Shown: positions 24,212 through 34,908 of the stretch, piece after piece
Layout: every line of letters starts with the position of its first letter
How positions within the stretch are numbered: the stretch's first letter is position 1
From: Mayamaea pseudoterrestris
Taxonomy: Eukaryota
Assembly (NCBI GenBank): GCA_027923505.1
Contig: BROI01000010.1
Location: 620,001-684,000, forward strand
Length of the DNA stretch: 64,000 nt
Direction: 5' to 3'
The notes under the pieces: model-generated
Database searches by the model: none
What the model saw: the letters and a program-made list of their open reading frames with translations, nothing else
What the model was told of the DNA's origin: nothing
Program-made: the position numbers and the translations under genes

Positions 24212-24570
24212 AGCTAATGGTCATTGCGTGCTTGATAATCAAGGCTACCGTAGATGACATCATTTCATGCCAGGAAGCCAAATAGCAGCTGCGCTCTCTA
24301 ATGACTCGCATACAGCAGCTATCATGGTCGTTACAATGGAGAGACTGCGCGTTTATTGCTAAAAAGCTATGGTTGTGCTATGGTACTTGTGTACGAGTAC
24401 TGTATGCGCGGCAGCGGTATTACGACTGTAGTGTGAGTCGCAGCGGTATCTGGTGGATGACGTCAGTCCACGAAAGCCATCATCTCTTGCGCATCCATTC
24501 ATCCGCCGTCCTGGACGATTGGATTGCATTCATCGTCCTGCGGTCGTATCCTTTCAATCGTTGCAGTAGA

Positions 24571-25050
24571 ATGAGTTTATCACGGGTAGTGCAAGCTATT
24601 TTCTTTGCGCTCTGCTTTTTCCATTGCTCCACCGCCGCTTTTACTTTCAGTCAAAGTTTAACATTGTCACGACATTCGATCCCGGTATCCACTTTCGCGC
24701 AACTGATCAGCAGTAACACCCATCACCATGCAAGAATAGATTCGACACGGCTGTTTGGCAAAAAGGATGCTCGTGCTCAAGGGAACCAATCAAAGACAAG
24801 AGCGGAGCGACCGATGCGCAAGCCGAAGGATGATGTCATTGAGATTGAAGGTGTTGTCTTGGAGAGCTTGCCAAATGCTATGTTCCGCTGCCAGATAGAA
24901 GGCGCCTCTGAGAACCAAGCACCTATACTTGCAACAATCAGTGGAAAAATTCGAAAGAATTTTGTCAAGATATTAGTCGGCGACAAGGTGCTTATTGAGC
25001 TGAGTCCGTACGATTTGACTCGAGGCCGCATCACTTTTCGATACCGCTAG
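24571..25050 (+). CDS. infA: Nuclear-encoded, plastid-targeted translation initiation factor IF-1
   Basis: [20 protein letters not shown]...[34 protein letters not shown]. Signal peptide ends in TAA|F and is followed by a transit peptide. Confidence 0.93.
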   Translation: MSLSRVVQAIFFALCFFHCSTAAFTFSQSLTLSRHSIPVSTFAQLISSNTHHHARIDSTRLFGKKDARAQGNQSKTRAERPMRKPKDDVIEIEGVVLESLPNAMFRCQIEGASENQAPILATISGKIRKNFVKILVGDKVLIELSPYDLTRGRITFRYR

Positions 25051-25462
25051 ATTATGGAACTAAGGCACACACTGTCAGCTCGCTATGACAAAGTTGCAAG
25101 CCCTCACGCACTCACGTAAAACATTAGTCTGTTTATATTATGAGCTAAGTAACAGTATATAACGCGGAAGTATGCCGCCGAGTCGTCATCGTTCCATCTG
25201 TCGTACTGGTACTGTCGTAAAGTCGGATTGCTACGACGTTCGACTCTTGCACAAGTCGTACAGTACTGTTACTGTTACAAGCACTGCATCGGTTGTCCAC
25301 TAGTGTATACTCTACGTAGTACAAGCCTTTGCGAAAGAGTCCTGTTGAAAGTATTGCAACTGCTGCGCGCGCCATTCGATCGATTCAAGAAACCTTACCC
25401 CAGGCGACGAGCAAAATCGTACCGAGCTTTCTACCTTGAATCGTCGGTACTGTGAGTAAACA

Positions 25463-27444
25463 ATGTTTGACGTCGACGATCCTGACAAGGATCTTCTTGG
25501 GACCCAGCACAGTGAGGAAGAAAACGCATGCGTTATGAACGTGCCGACAAATTATCATGGTGACGACGTTGATGATGTTACTGCGCAGGTCAACTTGCCG
25601 TCGCTGCCGTTACACACGGAACTCTCGCCATTTACCCACGGAGACGTGAATGTTGCTGGAGACGAATCACTTGCGAATGGTGGTGATGCGGACAATATTG
25701 ATTCAATGCAGCCTGGTATGACAAATGCAACAGAATCTGCATTTTTGGAACCGCCCGCTGTCGATGGCGAAATGCTATTGACGGCAGTCAAGCCGAAGAG
25801 CCACCTTATTGATCAAGATGATGCGCCGAAGGATAAGAGTGAGACACTTGACCAGCAAAATCTGAAAAGTGACAAGCGAGAAAAAGACGACCACATTGCT
25901 CAGGTTGACGAACCAATCGACCGTAACTTATCCAGCAGTCCTCCTCTAGTAAGATTAAAGACGAATCATATCGACGATGACGACTTTGAGGATTTTGGAG
26001 AGTTCTATGGAGGTTTTGTTGTGAGCCGCGAATTTAACAATGATGACTCACCGTCGAAGGACACTTTGGAAGGAGCGGAGTCGGTAGCAGCCACAGAGGA
26101 CGGACACAATCAGGGTGGGGATGATGCTGAACTAGCTTTGGAGACTCACGGAAGTAATGTTAAGGAACATGATAGAATTTACGGTCAGGAGGGCGACAGT
26201 ATTGGAGCGCTTGGTGCAGTTCCCTCACTTTTTGAAGGAAACGTTAGTCCAGCCCATGTGATACAAGCAGCGGCCATCCTGAGCAACAAAAATGAATACT
26301 CTGACGCCAACTTTAGCGGAAATGTTATCGCAGACATATCGGCGGACCGAGCGGAGGCTTGTGTAGTCATTGGTCTCCCGGCAAAAAAAGACTTAAACGA
26401 CGCAACGCTTCCACCAAGAGAGGAGTATGTACTAACTTTGCTCACGGGTTCAAAAGCTGCCAAGATGAGCGACGATGATGAAGATGCCAACGTTGACAAG
26501 GTAGCTCCGCTGCCTATTGAAGCAGGCGCTAGTCCGGCAGGCGCTAGTCCGACAATCGCTGGCATACGTTTTGACGAGGGCGATGATTTTGACGAATTTG
26601 GAGACTTTGACGAAGCAGGCCCTCCGTCGGCTATTGATTCTCGTACAACAACTGACGCTATTTCTGGAAACATTGGTGGCGCAATCCTAGAGCAGCATAA
26701 ACAAATCAGCACTGCTTTTCATTCCAGCGCTGATGTTGTACACAAAGCTAGTCAGGTTTTTTCGAAGCTCTTTGATAAACATAAACAAGCCGATGCTTCT
26801 TCCAAAGACCTAGATGAAGGATCCGTTGTCAGCGAGGCGCCGACTATAGCTTCCCTCTTAGTAAGTCACTTCACACGTTTTTTTGCCATGGTAGATTGAC
26901 TGAATCCTTGCTCAAAATGTTATCGTTGCGGTTGCATCAACAGGCAGCCCTTGATGGATTGCTGTTGCAAAATAATGTTTATGATCACAAAGCAATGATG
27001 GCTACTCTAAGCGAACCAGACATCCGACCGTCCACCCCGCAATCCCTGATACTCAGCGACGGACAAGAACCGTATTCGCTCTACAATTTCTCATTTAGGA
27101 GTTTACAAGATAAACACGCATCGTCTGTATTAGAGCAACACAATGCTTCTATTGGAAAATCAAATTATAAATTACCAGAGATACTTGGTGTACGGCTGCC
27201 CCTGTCACCTAAAGTTCATCGCAACGACAAACTTGCATCCACAACTGCACATGAGAACGGATCAGGAAGTGTTTTTGACACAAATACGACTGCTAACTCG
27301 AAGCCGCTATTGCCGGCAGTGGCTGAATCGATTTCGCTGGATACAAATAAAAGTTCCAGCTCGCAATCGGCCAAGGAGTTTGCAGCGAAACTCCCCGACA
27401 TGTCCTTCATGTTGGCTTCAAAGCTTGTTTCGAAGAGTAAATAA
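25463..27444 (+). CDS. Acidic aftiphilin-like AP-1 accessory protein; intron about 26861-26943
   Basis: DDFEDFGEF and DDFDEFGDF gamma-ear-binding-type motifs; C-terminal LPDMSFML. Confidence 0.55.
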
Positions 27445-27446
27445 GT

Positions 27447-28316
27447 TTAAGGTTGACTTCCTGTTGACTCATTCGATTCTTCGTCCACTGCTATACCTTC
27501 GAAGACTCGTCCCTCCTGTAGATTGACGACCCGAACACGAGCCAAATCGAACTGAAACGCTCCATTTTGGCCATCCATGAGCGCGAAACCAAGAGACTCA
27601 ATACATATGTTGTCATCTAGTTCCCGATGAATTTCTCTTTCTCGTCCCATGCTCGTCAAGCCAAAATCTGCAAAAGGGAGAATGAGCGTCTCCATAGGGC
27701 CAGCGAGATTGCCCATGGGATCCAAGCGAACGTGCGACTGCTGCAGGTATCCTTGGTACATATCGTCGGGAAAGGCAGTTGCTACCTTCAAATTAACCGT
27801 GTACAAGCGTCCGTCTGACCGGCAAGTAATTTCAAGTGCGCCGTACATGCCCTTCAAGTTCGCACCTTCCATTGGAAATTGTGGCGACCGCATGGCAGCG
27901 AATCCAGAGCGTTGCACATTACTAGCGAGACCAATTGTCGTATCAATCTTGCCCTTCCACTTGATATATGGAGTAAATAACTCTTTGTCTTCTGAAGGGG
28001 TTAACTCATTTTCAATGTCATCCGCGTGGCCAGCAGCGTATCGAAAGAGCTCCGCCTTGGAACGAATTAGTCGTGCAGACGACTGCGAGAATCCTCCAAT
28101 CACACCATCATCCGATATTCTCCAGGCGTCCTTGTCTCTTTGAATTCGTTTCGCATCCATCGCATCGTCAGTTTGGCGAAAATCAAAAAGTGTAATGGGA
28201 CGATAAGGCTCCATGTCCTTGCTGTCAAACTTTCGTCGCAGCATGGACTCTCGGAATCGAACGTAGCGACGCATCGCGCCACCGCCGTCTTTGGGAAGTA
28301 ACCACCGAAAAATCAT
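27447..28316 (-). CDS. Complex I intermediate-associated protein CIA30 (NDUFAF1-like)
   Basis: WRISDDGVIGGFS, RSGFAAMRS, DGRLYTVNL, LPFADF, DGQNGAFQF. Confidence 0.85.
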   Translation of the reverse strand: MIFRWLLPKDGGGAMRRYVRFRESMLRRKFDSKDMEPYRPITLFDFRQTDDAMDAKRIQRDKDAWRISDDGVIGGFSQSSARLIRSKAELFRYAAGHADDIENELTPSEDKELFTPYIKWKGKIDTTIGLASNVQRSGFAAMRSPQFPMEGANLKGMYGALEITCRSDGRLYTVNLKVATAFPDDMYQGYLQQSHVRLDPMGNLAGPMETLILPFADFGLTSMGREREIHRELDDNICIESLGFALMDGQNGAFQFDLARVRVVNLQEGRVFEGIAVDEESNESTGSQP

Positions 28317-28685
28317 GACTGTGTTTCGTTGATAGAGTCTGGGATTTTCAACAAAGCTGCTTGTCTTGTCAAAGTGTGGTTGCTCCTATGAGGATTTCAA
28401 TTTTTCCGTTTCGTCGGCTTAGTGGATGAGGTGCGAGGTGCGCGTCGCACAGTCGCTCTGCGACAGCAGGAAAATCTACCGTACGCCCTTTGTACTCCCA
28501 GTATTGTCAAGCAAACTTGCTGCTAGTAATCGCAGTACAGTAGTTAGTTTTATGCGGTCTACGTTTTCTAATATACTCTTTCGCTCCTGTATAATCGCTG
28601 GAAACGATACTATTAGTGCACGGAGTGCCAGAACAGCATAGACTACCATATCCGGAAAAACGCTAAGTGTTAACTGTAAATCAAT

Positions 28686-29816
28686 CTAATCCGTGCGCAG
28701 CTCCGTCGACGCGAGTCCAACGTTGAAGGACGCGGCACCGCTTGCATCCTCATTCTGCACGAGAACATGGACACGTTGTTTGACCCAGTCATAAAGCTCG
28801 CCCTTTGCCTCGACAGCTTTGGCATGCTCGGGTCGTTTTCCGTCCCGAATCTCCTGCGCCACAGTCAAGAGCGACTGCCACATTTTCCCAACGACCGACT
28901 TTGTGAAAAAGTTGATCATTGACATGGGAACCATTCCAACGTGAGCGTCTGCACACTGAGTGACACTTATCAGCAAGGGGTTCGTGTACTTGTGCTTAGC
29001 TTTTGTCAATAGCACATGGCTCGGCGGACATTTCCTGATCAAAAAACCTGCCTCAAAGTCAACGCGGATGACTCCCTTGTCTACCTGTGGCGACACCTTG
29101 GAGCCACAGTATGAATCATCTAGGTCGACTCCGGGATCAGTGTTTACACTTTTAACCTTTATGATAATGGAACGACTGTCGTCAATGTCATCGACCGAAA
29201 AGGCGTGCATGATGCACTCGCGACAAGAGAATGGAAAGGGCATGTCGACTCGGACTGCAATGAGTTGATTGCCCCTATCCATTTCGCGGAGTTTTTGACT
29301 ACTTTGGACCTTTAAACGAATTGGCTTCTCGTAGTTCGGCATCCAAGTGGAATAAAAGTCCGACTCGTTCAACACAGCCATTAGAGGCACCAACATGTCA
29401 TCATCGATCGGAGACTCGATGCGGCAGAAAATAGCTGACGACTTCTTTTTGTGGTCCCGATCCACACGGTAAAAGATTTGCGAGTCGAATTTGTCCGAAT
29501 GTGTTTCCTCCTGCTTGATCCAGCCATGGGCTGCATGATTTTCGTCATCAAGAGGAGGCTCCAGCAGCTCATCCAAAACTTCTTGAATTTCCTGCGCCAT
29601 TTCAATGCATTTCATGTCCTTTTTGTTCAGCAGCTGTGGATCCGAAACCTTTGCAAAGGACCTAGCAGCGTGAAGGTAACGTTGGTAGGATAAATGTTCC
29701 TTGGCGTCGCGCAGGAGAGCGCGATCCTGCGGGGACGGCTTAATGTCGCCGCCCTTATGCATAAGTTCTTCTACTCCGTTAGTCTTGGTTGTTTCTATCG
29801 TTTGCATCGTTTGCAT
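28686..29816 (-). CDS. START-like lipid-binding domain protein
   Basis: LMAVLNESDFYSTWMP, DMPFPFSCRE, VPMSMINFFTK helix-grip pattern. Confidence 0.65.
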   Translation of the reverse strand: MQTMQTIETTKTNGVEELMHKGGDIKPSPQDRALLRDAKEHLSYQRYLHAARSFAKVSDPQLLNKKDMKCIEMAQEIQEVLDELLEPPLDDENHAAHGWIKQEETHSDKFDSQIFYRVDRDHKKKSSAIFCRIESPIDDDMLVPLMAVLNESDFYSTWMPNYEKPIRLKVQSSQKLREMDRGNQLIAVRVDMPFPFSCRECIMHAFSVDDIDDSRSIIIKVKSVNTDPGVDLDDSYCGSKVSPQVDKGVIRVDFEAGFLIRKCPPSHVLLTKAKHKYTNPLLISVTQCADAHVGMVPMSMINFFTKSVVGKMWQSLLTVAQEIRDGKRPEHAKAVEAKGELYDWVKQRVHVLVQNEDASGAASFNVGLASTELRTD

Positions 29817-29953
29817 CGTCTATTTGTAAGTGCGATTTGCGAGTGGAGATATTATGACGAGGGCCAAGAAAGTCATCAAAGAATCATGAATCATTGCAAG
29901 TGAGTTGCCGATCTGCACGAGTCCACCAGTCGCGATAAGACAAGCTTTCTTTG

Positions 29954-30120
29954 GAACCAGGCTCAAAACAGATTCCTCATTAACTACATGAAGAAGCTGG
30001 CGCTTGCAGAAAACTTTGGTTTAGCTAATGTGTCGGAACCAAAGCCTCCCCCACTGAACACAGTGACTGATCGGCGGTAAAGCGCGATCACTCGTCAGCT
30101 GCAGAAGCTGCTGCTGTGCC
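29954..30120. repeat. B2 repeat (167 bp), element 3' terminus
   Basis: gaaccaggctcaaaacag...ctgctgtgcc, matching 30482-30648 and 37882-38048. Confidence 0.95.
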
Positions 30121-30139
30121 CAGGGATGGGATGGTGGGT

Positions 30140-30481
30140 ACTTAAAAATCTATAATTACTGGTCTCGACGGGAGACTCGGGGTGATCCAGGAATTATGAG
30201 CTGCAGCAACAACAACAATCAAAGGAGCAGACTGGTTCGTTGTTGGTGTGTTGCGTGTGCATTGCGGCCAAATGGTCATCCACGATCAAGGTCATTGTTC
30301 CGGATGACCACGACTAGTTCGGAGTTGTCAGTGAATGCCCCGCGGGACATGCGCCACTCCGAACCGAAGAACAAGGAAAGATTGAAGAGGCTGTTCGCTG
30401 CGAACGCCGCTGGCGTGGCTTGAAGGAACTTGGAATCCTGAAAGCACCACCTCTCATTTCGACCAATCCAGAATCCCAAAA
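30140..30481. repeat. A2 repeat (342 bp), copy 1
   Basis: acttaaaaatctataattactgg...gaatcccaaaa, directly abutting B1. Confidence 0.95.
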
Positions 30482-30648
30482 GAACCAGGCTCAAAACAGA
30501 TTCCTCATTAACTACATGAAGAAGCTGGCGCTTGCAGAAAACTTTGGTTTAGCTAATGTGTCGGAACCAAAGCCTCCCCCACTGAACACAGTGACTGATC
30601 GGCGGTAAAGCGCGATCACTCGTCAGCTGCAGAAGCTGCTGCTGTGCC
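30482..30648. repeat. B1 repeat, copy 1
   Basis: Matches 29954-30120. Confidence 0.95.
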
Positions 30649-30679
30649 ATTGATTAAAGAGCGAGTGGTCGCGCGGGAG

Positions 30680-31948
30680 CTAGTGGGCGACGTGCTGCCA
30701 GACGTTGAAGGCGGCATCGGGGCGGGCAACGTTGGTCCCCATTGAAGGAAAGGCGTCGCCTACTAGCGCGTCGAGCGTCCGTTGTTCTGTTTGATCCGAA
30801 ATGTAATGAGGTTGTTGATGTTGTTGTTGTTGTTGTTGGTGGCGTTGAATGTTGACGGTGTGAAAGGAGTCGACGGTAAGCATCTTGGCGGAAACGCCCT
30901 CGGTAAACTGCTCCACTTGCTTGCGAATATAAGATAAGAAGGCAAAGCTGCGCCAGCGTCCAACAAGCATTATAGTGCAGACTTGAACGTTGGCAAGATA
31001 CATAGCCATTGCTGCAGTAGCGCGAAGGGAATGGAGGCCAACGCGGTCGACTTCGAGGCCAAGGGAATCGGGCTCGTTGCTGGAAACAAACTGGCGAAGG
31101 AATAAAGCCAACTGGATTCAAGTGCGCAACTTTGCCATTAGAATCAGGTAATGGTAGAGCTCGGCATCTTCCTTAACAAGCTTCTTTGGAGACGTGCTTG
31201 TTTAGCGAACGAGCAAGAGCGCGCAAGGACACGAGAAATAGTGTCGGAGCGCCCCATTGCCTCGCCATTGATTCTTTTGAAAGCGAAAGATGATGGAAAC
31301 TGAGTCGGCAAAGTGTAGGGAGGAGCTATTATGAGGTAGCTTTTTGCCATCTTTCCAGAACGTTATATCGCACGCTCGAATGGGCAGCGTGCGGCGTTCA
31401 ACTTTGTCGCCTTTTTGGATGCAAAGGTACTCGCAAGAGCGCATTGCAAAGAAGACGGCGAGGCCAACTAAGAGCTGAAAATGACTGTAAGCTGGGTTGT
31501 CGGAGCGCTCCATGATAAGCTTGCGCATTAGGGACATCGGGAGCGCCATTTGATGACGTGTAGACGGATCCAAATTCTTGTAGCCTTTGTAGAGTCGCTC
31601 GAGCACTAGGAACGTGTCGCCTCCTTCGTTTTTGCGGGGATCTGGATGCCCGGCGGCTTTAAAGGCCTTAGCCACGCCGTTGATCGTGGACTGAACTGAT
31701 CCGGCAACCAAGAAGGGATTTCCGTTGCGAGGCGATGAGTAGTTGCCGTTCCTGACAGACTGGACGAAGGCGAGGAAGAGGAGGAGTCGTTGGTGGCTGG
31801 CGACTTCAAGGAGGAACGGATTGGTCGAGAAACCAGCTCTTTCAGAGAACTGTATCCAACGGTCCCAAGCCATGTCTTCTCTAGCGTGTGTGGCGCGTGT
31901 GACTCCGAGGAACTCGTTGTCAGCTGCATCAAGGAGGAGAGAGCGCAC
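30680..31948 (-). CDS. Tyrosine recombinase (YR), interrupted by two in-frame stops between 31204 and 31118
   Basis: FFAMRSCEY (R), FQKN (K), GLHSLR (HxxR) and GRWRS.AFLSYIR (W, Y). The two ORF halves are in the same frame. Confidence 0.85.
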
Positions 31949-34284
31949 GAAATCCTGCTCGGTAGGCGAGCCACGCGAAAGGAGGCCGGTACCTGCGATG
32001 CCAATGAAGGAATAGAGAGGATATGGGAGGTGAGATCGGCGTTTGAACGGTCCATATCACGTGATATCAAGTCGGGGACCACGTTATCCAATCCCATTCG
32101 CCACTGCGAGTTGCAGCAGATTCCGTATTCCAAGCAGACGGCGGACAACAGCCTCGCTAACAAGAGCGTTTGAGGACTGGCTGTTTCGTCTGAAAAGTTG
32201 GATCGACGCAACCAAGCTGCTGCAGTTGTATTGTCGCCGATTGCAAGCACGCAGTCCCCTGGATTGAGGCGTCCTTCGAAGGCGGCGAGCCAAATGCCGA
32301 CGACGAAACCAAGGAACTCGTAAAAGTTAATGTGCTGCGGCTGTGCGCCTTTTGGAACGCGCCATCGCCATCCTCGTCCATCCAAATCGTAGCCTCCAAC
32401 TTGATACATGCAAGCGTCCGTAAGGATAAAGGCGTCGGCAAGGCGGGCGACAATGGTGTTGATATCCACGCCAGCGTGCGCAGTCGCAAGGAGCTCCAAG
32501 CAGGCGACCAAATCGCGGCGTTCTGCTCGAGATAGACGAGCTCGCTTGTACTTTGCACCCTCTGCTCGTTGCTTTGCCGAATGGATCCTGCCGAGGCAAT
32601 GGCTCATGGCTTTGACGACGACTGAAACGTGAACTAGTCGTCCGTACAGCGTGTTGAGGATTGCAAGAGGAACGACGTGTCCTTCCTTGGTCAACAGCGC
32701 TCGAATATCCTCCGTATAGAGGCGATACTTGTCCTGTGGGAGGCGAATGATAAGCGTGCGAGTATCAATCTCCCAACCAAGGACCACTTGAATCTCTGTT
32801 AAACACCCTTCTGCAATGAGCTTGGAGACTGCAATTAAAGCGTTTCGCGGTAGAGGTTCGTCGGCACGCTCGGGGCGACCAAGCACATCAAGTAATAATG
32901 GGATGGCATGAGCACCACGGATCAATGCGTCGTTACTAGTATGGACAATGACGCCAAGATGATCATCAAGAAAGACGTCAAAACAAGGGCTGCCATCAAC
33001 AGGGATCATAGCACCAACTGCCATGGGGCGAGATGTTGCAAATGGTGTTGATGGCGTAGGATACACGATTGGTTCCACGCTGATGTTGGCAATGAACCTG
33101 GATTGGATTGTCGCAGGGTGCCAGTTGCCGTCGCGGACGAGTTGGTTGGCCGCGTCAGTGACTAGTTCCGAGAGGTCACTGAAGACTGTGGGGCATGGAG
33201 AGCCGCCGAAAGTCATGCGAAGGGCAAAGAGCGCCAGCGTGGAGTCGATCGTGATACCTTTTGTCGTGGTTGCCGATTGGACAAGTGTTTCGAGGCCAAA
33301 GTGACAGTTTTTGTAGGCTGATTTCCAGTCATATTTAGGAAGATAGATAGGAAGATCCTTATACTTGTCTCTTGTAGCAATGATCCGATGAAGAAGACGT
33401 TGCAAAGCAAATCCGTAGAAGACGGGTGGTAGATCGGCCTTGCGGACCCGTTTATTAACAGAGGTGCCATCGTGGAGACGGCAGAACGTTTGATCGTGCG
33501 TAATCCGTCCAGCTTCCTTGCGGGATCCATCAGCTTGTAGCTTGAGTTGTTTAACATATCCAAAAGGAGCCACAGAAACGTTGGGAATGAGATGTAGAGC
33601 GTCAAGTGGAAGAGGCAGATGCCATCCTTTTGCAGTCTCTTCTTTCAACGTGTCGAGGACTGCGTGTCGCTCCGTTTTTGCTGACTTGTGATTCCCATAA
33701 TCGACCATGGCGTTGAGCTCCTCAATGCGCGTCTTCTCCTCGAGAGGATCGAGAGGAAAAGCCACGCCTGTCGTGAGTGTGCTGCGAACACGCGGCCAGT
33801 TAGGGTGGCCAAGGAAGATTGGATCGAGTAGTTCCACTGGGCGAAAGTTGGAGCCCGGACAAGTTGGCAAATCCTTGTTGGAGAAGAGCAAGTGGCGCAA
33901 ATCCATGTCGTTGGCTTGGAGAATGGATAAATTGTAGGCAGCTGCCTCTGGCGTAATTTCAAAACAGAATGGCGGCGGAAGTAAAGGCGGTGGCAACCAC
34001 TGGAGCGCTTGGAGGATGGACTGCAGCCAGGTGGCGTCGTTGGACGGCCAAGGAGCAGGCGGCAGATCAATCCCTGGATCGACTAGTTCAGTCGATAAAG
34101 CGAGTCCAATTGATTGTGTAGTGGATGTGGCGTTAACGTGGATGTTAATTGGGATGTTGGGTGGGTTTGTTGCGGACTCGTCCTGAACGGACGAAGGGAT
34201 TCGGACAGTCCATCGAAGGACTCGTTGAAAGGAGGACTTACTCATTTCGTTTGATATGGAAGAAGGATGCAGGAAGGTGGACAT
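31606..34284 (-). CDS. Reverse transcriptase / RNase H of the YR retroelement
   Basis: DWKSAYK, MTFGGSPCP, VFLDDH and LGWEID (RT); TDAC, HINFYEF, GDNTTA and DNVVPDLISR (RNase H). Confidence 0.95.
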   Translation of the reverse strand: MSTFLHPSSISNEMSKSSFQRVLRWTVRIPSSVQDESATNPPNIPINIHVNATSTTQSIGLALSTELVDPGIDLPPAPWPSNDATWLQSILQALQWLPPPLLPPPFCFEITPEAAAYNLSILQANDMDLRHLLFSNKDLPTCPGSNFRPVELLDPIFLGHPNWPRVRSTLTTGVAFPLDPLEEKTRIEELNAMVDYGNHKSAKTERHAVLDTLKEETAKGWHLPLPLDALHLIPNVSVAPFGYVKQLKLQADGSRKEAGRITHDQTFCRLHDGTSVNKRVRKADLPPVFYGFALQRLLHRIIATRDKYKDLPIYLPKYDWKSAYKNCHFGLETLVQSATTTKGITIDSTLALFALRMTFGGSPCPTVFSDLSELVTDAANQLVRDGNWHPATIQSRFIANISVEPIVYPTPSTPFATSRPMAVGAMIPVDGSPCFDVFLDDHLGVIVHTSNDALIRGAHAIPLLLDVLGRPERADEPLPRNALIAVSKLIAEGCLTEIQVVLGWEIDTRTLIIRLPQDKYRLYTEDIRALLTKEGHVVPLAILNTLYGRLVHVSVVVKAMSHCLGRIHSAKQRAEGAKYKRARLSRAERRDLVACLELLATAHAGVDINTIVARLADAFILTDACMYQVGGYDLDGRGWRWRVPKGAQPQHINFYEFLGFVVGIWLAAFEGRLNPGDCVLAIGDNTTAAAWLRRSNFSDETASPQTLLLARLLSAVCLEYGICCNSQWRMGLDNVVPDLISRDMDRSNADLTSHILSIPSLASQVPASFRVARLPSRISCALSSLMQLTTSSSESHAPHTLEKTWLGTVGYSSLKELVSRPIRSSLKSPATNDSSSSSPSSSLSGTATTHRLATEIPSWLPDQFSPRSTAWLRPLKPPGIQIPAKTKEATRS

Positions 34285-34808
34285 TGGATGCTTATGCTTG
34301 ATCCGTTTAGGTGCTGGTCCGTTCTTTGTTGTTGTGGCAGCCGTTCCATGTGCGTCGCCATCGTCTGCCTCCTCCTCCTCTGAATTGTCTCGCTCGGTAC
34401 GAGCAGCGAGGCGACGCGCCGTCCAGGCAAGTTGATGTTTGCGCGCTGGTGTGAGCTGGCGTGAGGGCGAGGCGAGGATTGCAGGAGCGACTGTTGGAGC
34501 GTTGATTGCAAACGTCGGCTTGATGGGCGTCGTGGCGACTGTCGTGGTTGCTCGCGAGTTGGTAGCATGGCTTGTTGATGCCGCAGACCGATGATTAATA
34601 GAATGGACACTGTAGGTGGCAGAGTCGTCGTCGGAGGAGGATGACTCGTCCTCGATGGTTGCTGTTGATGAAGTGAGTGAATCAACTTGTTGTTGGAGAC
34701 GTTGCCATTGATTGTGAAGTTGACGCAGCCTTGGAGAGGTCGCAGCGGCTGCCGGTGGGGCATGGACGTGTTCGTTGATGTTGTTGTTGACGAGTCGACT
34801 AGTAGCAT
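34242..34808 (-). CDS. Extra low-complexity Q/P/R/S/T-rich ORF of the element, overlapping the RT start
   Basis: ATG-initiated 188-aa ORF between gag and RT. No family recognised. Confidence 0.4.
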   Translation of the reverse strand: MLLVDSSTTTSTNTSMPHRQPLRPLQGCVNFTINGNVSNNKLIHSLHQQQPSRTSHPPPTTTLPPTVSILLIIGLRHQQAMLPTREQPRQSPRRPSSRRLQSTLQQSLLQSSPRPHASSHQRANINLPGRRVASLLVPSETIQRRRRQTMATHMERLPQQQRTDQHLNGSSISIQCPPSCILLPYQTK

Positions 34809-34908
34809 TATTGTAGGGATTGGAACCTTGTGCTACTAAGTTATTGTCGCCGTAACTAGTAGAGGCTCCTCCAGCATGGTCATCCGCCGACCATGTGGAG
34901 GATCCTCC

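Noticed and set aside
24301..24570. Upstream extension of the IF-1 ORF
   Set aside because: The ATG at 24571 gives a proper bipartite presequence, and the extension looks non-coding.
25195..25330. Cluster of GTAC/TACTGT words in intergenic DNA (also near 24380 and 28490)
   Set aside because: No periodicity or defined boundaries. Enrichment cannot be established without a background count.
26522..26551. 15-bp duplication (AGASP twice), and a 9-bp repeat near 29797-29819
   Set aside because: Ordinary slippage within coding sequence.
30196..30608. Short plus-strand ORFs in the A and B repeats
   Set aside because: Antisense to the element and small. They recur only because the repeats recur.
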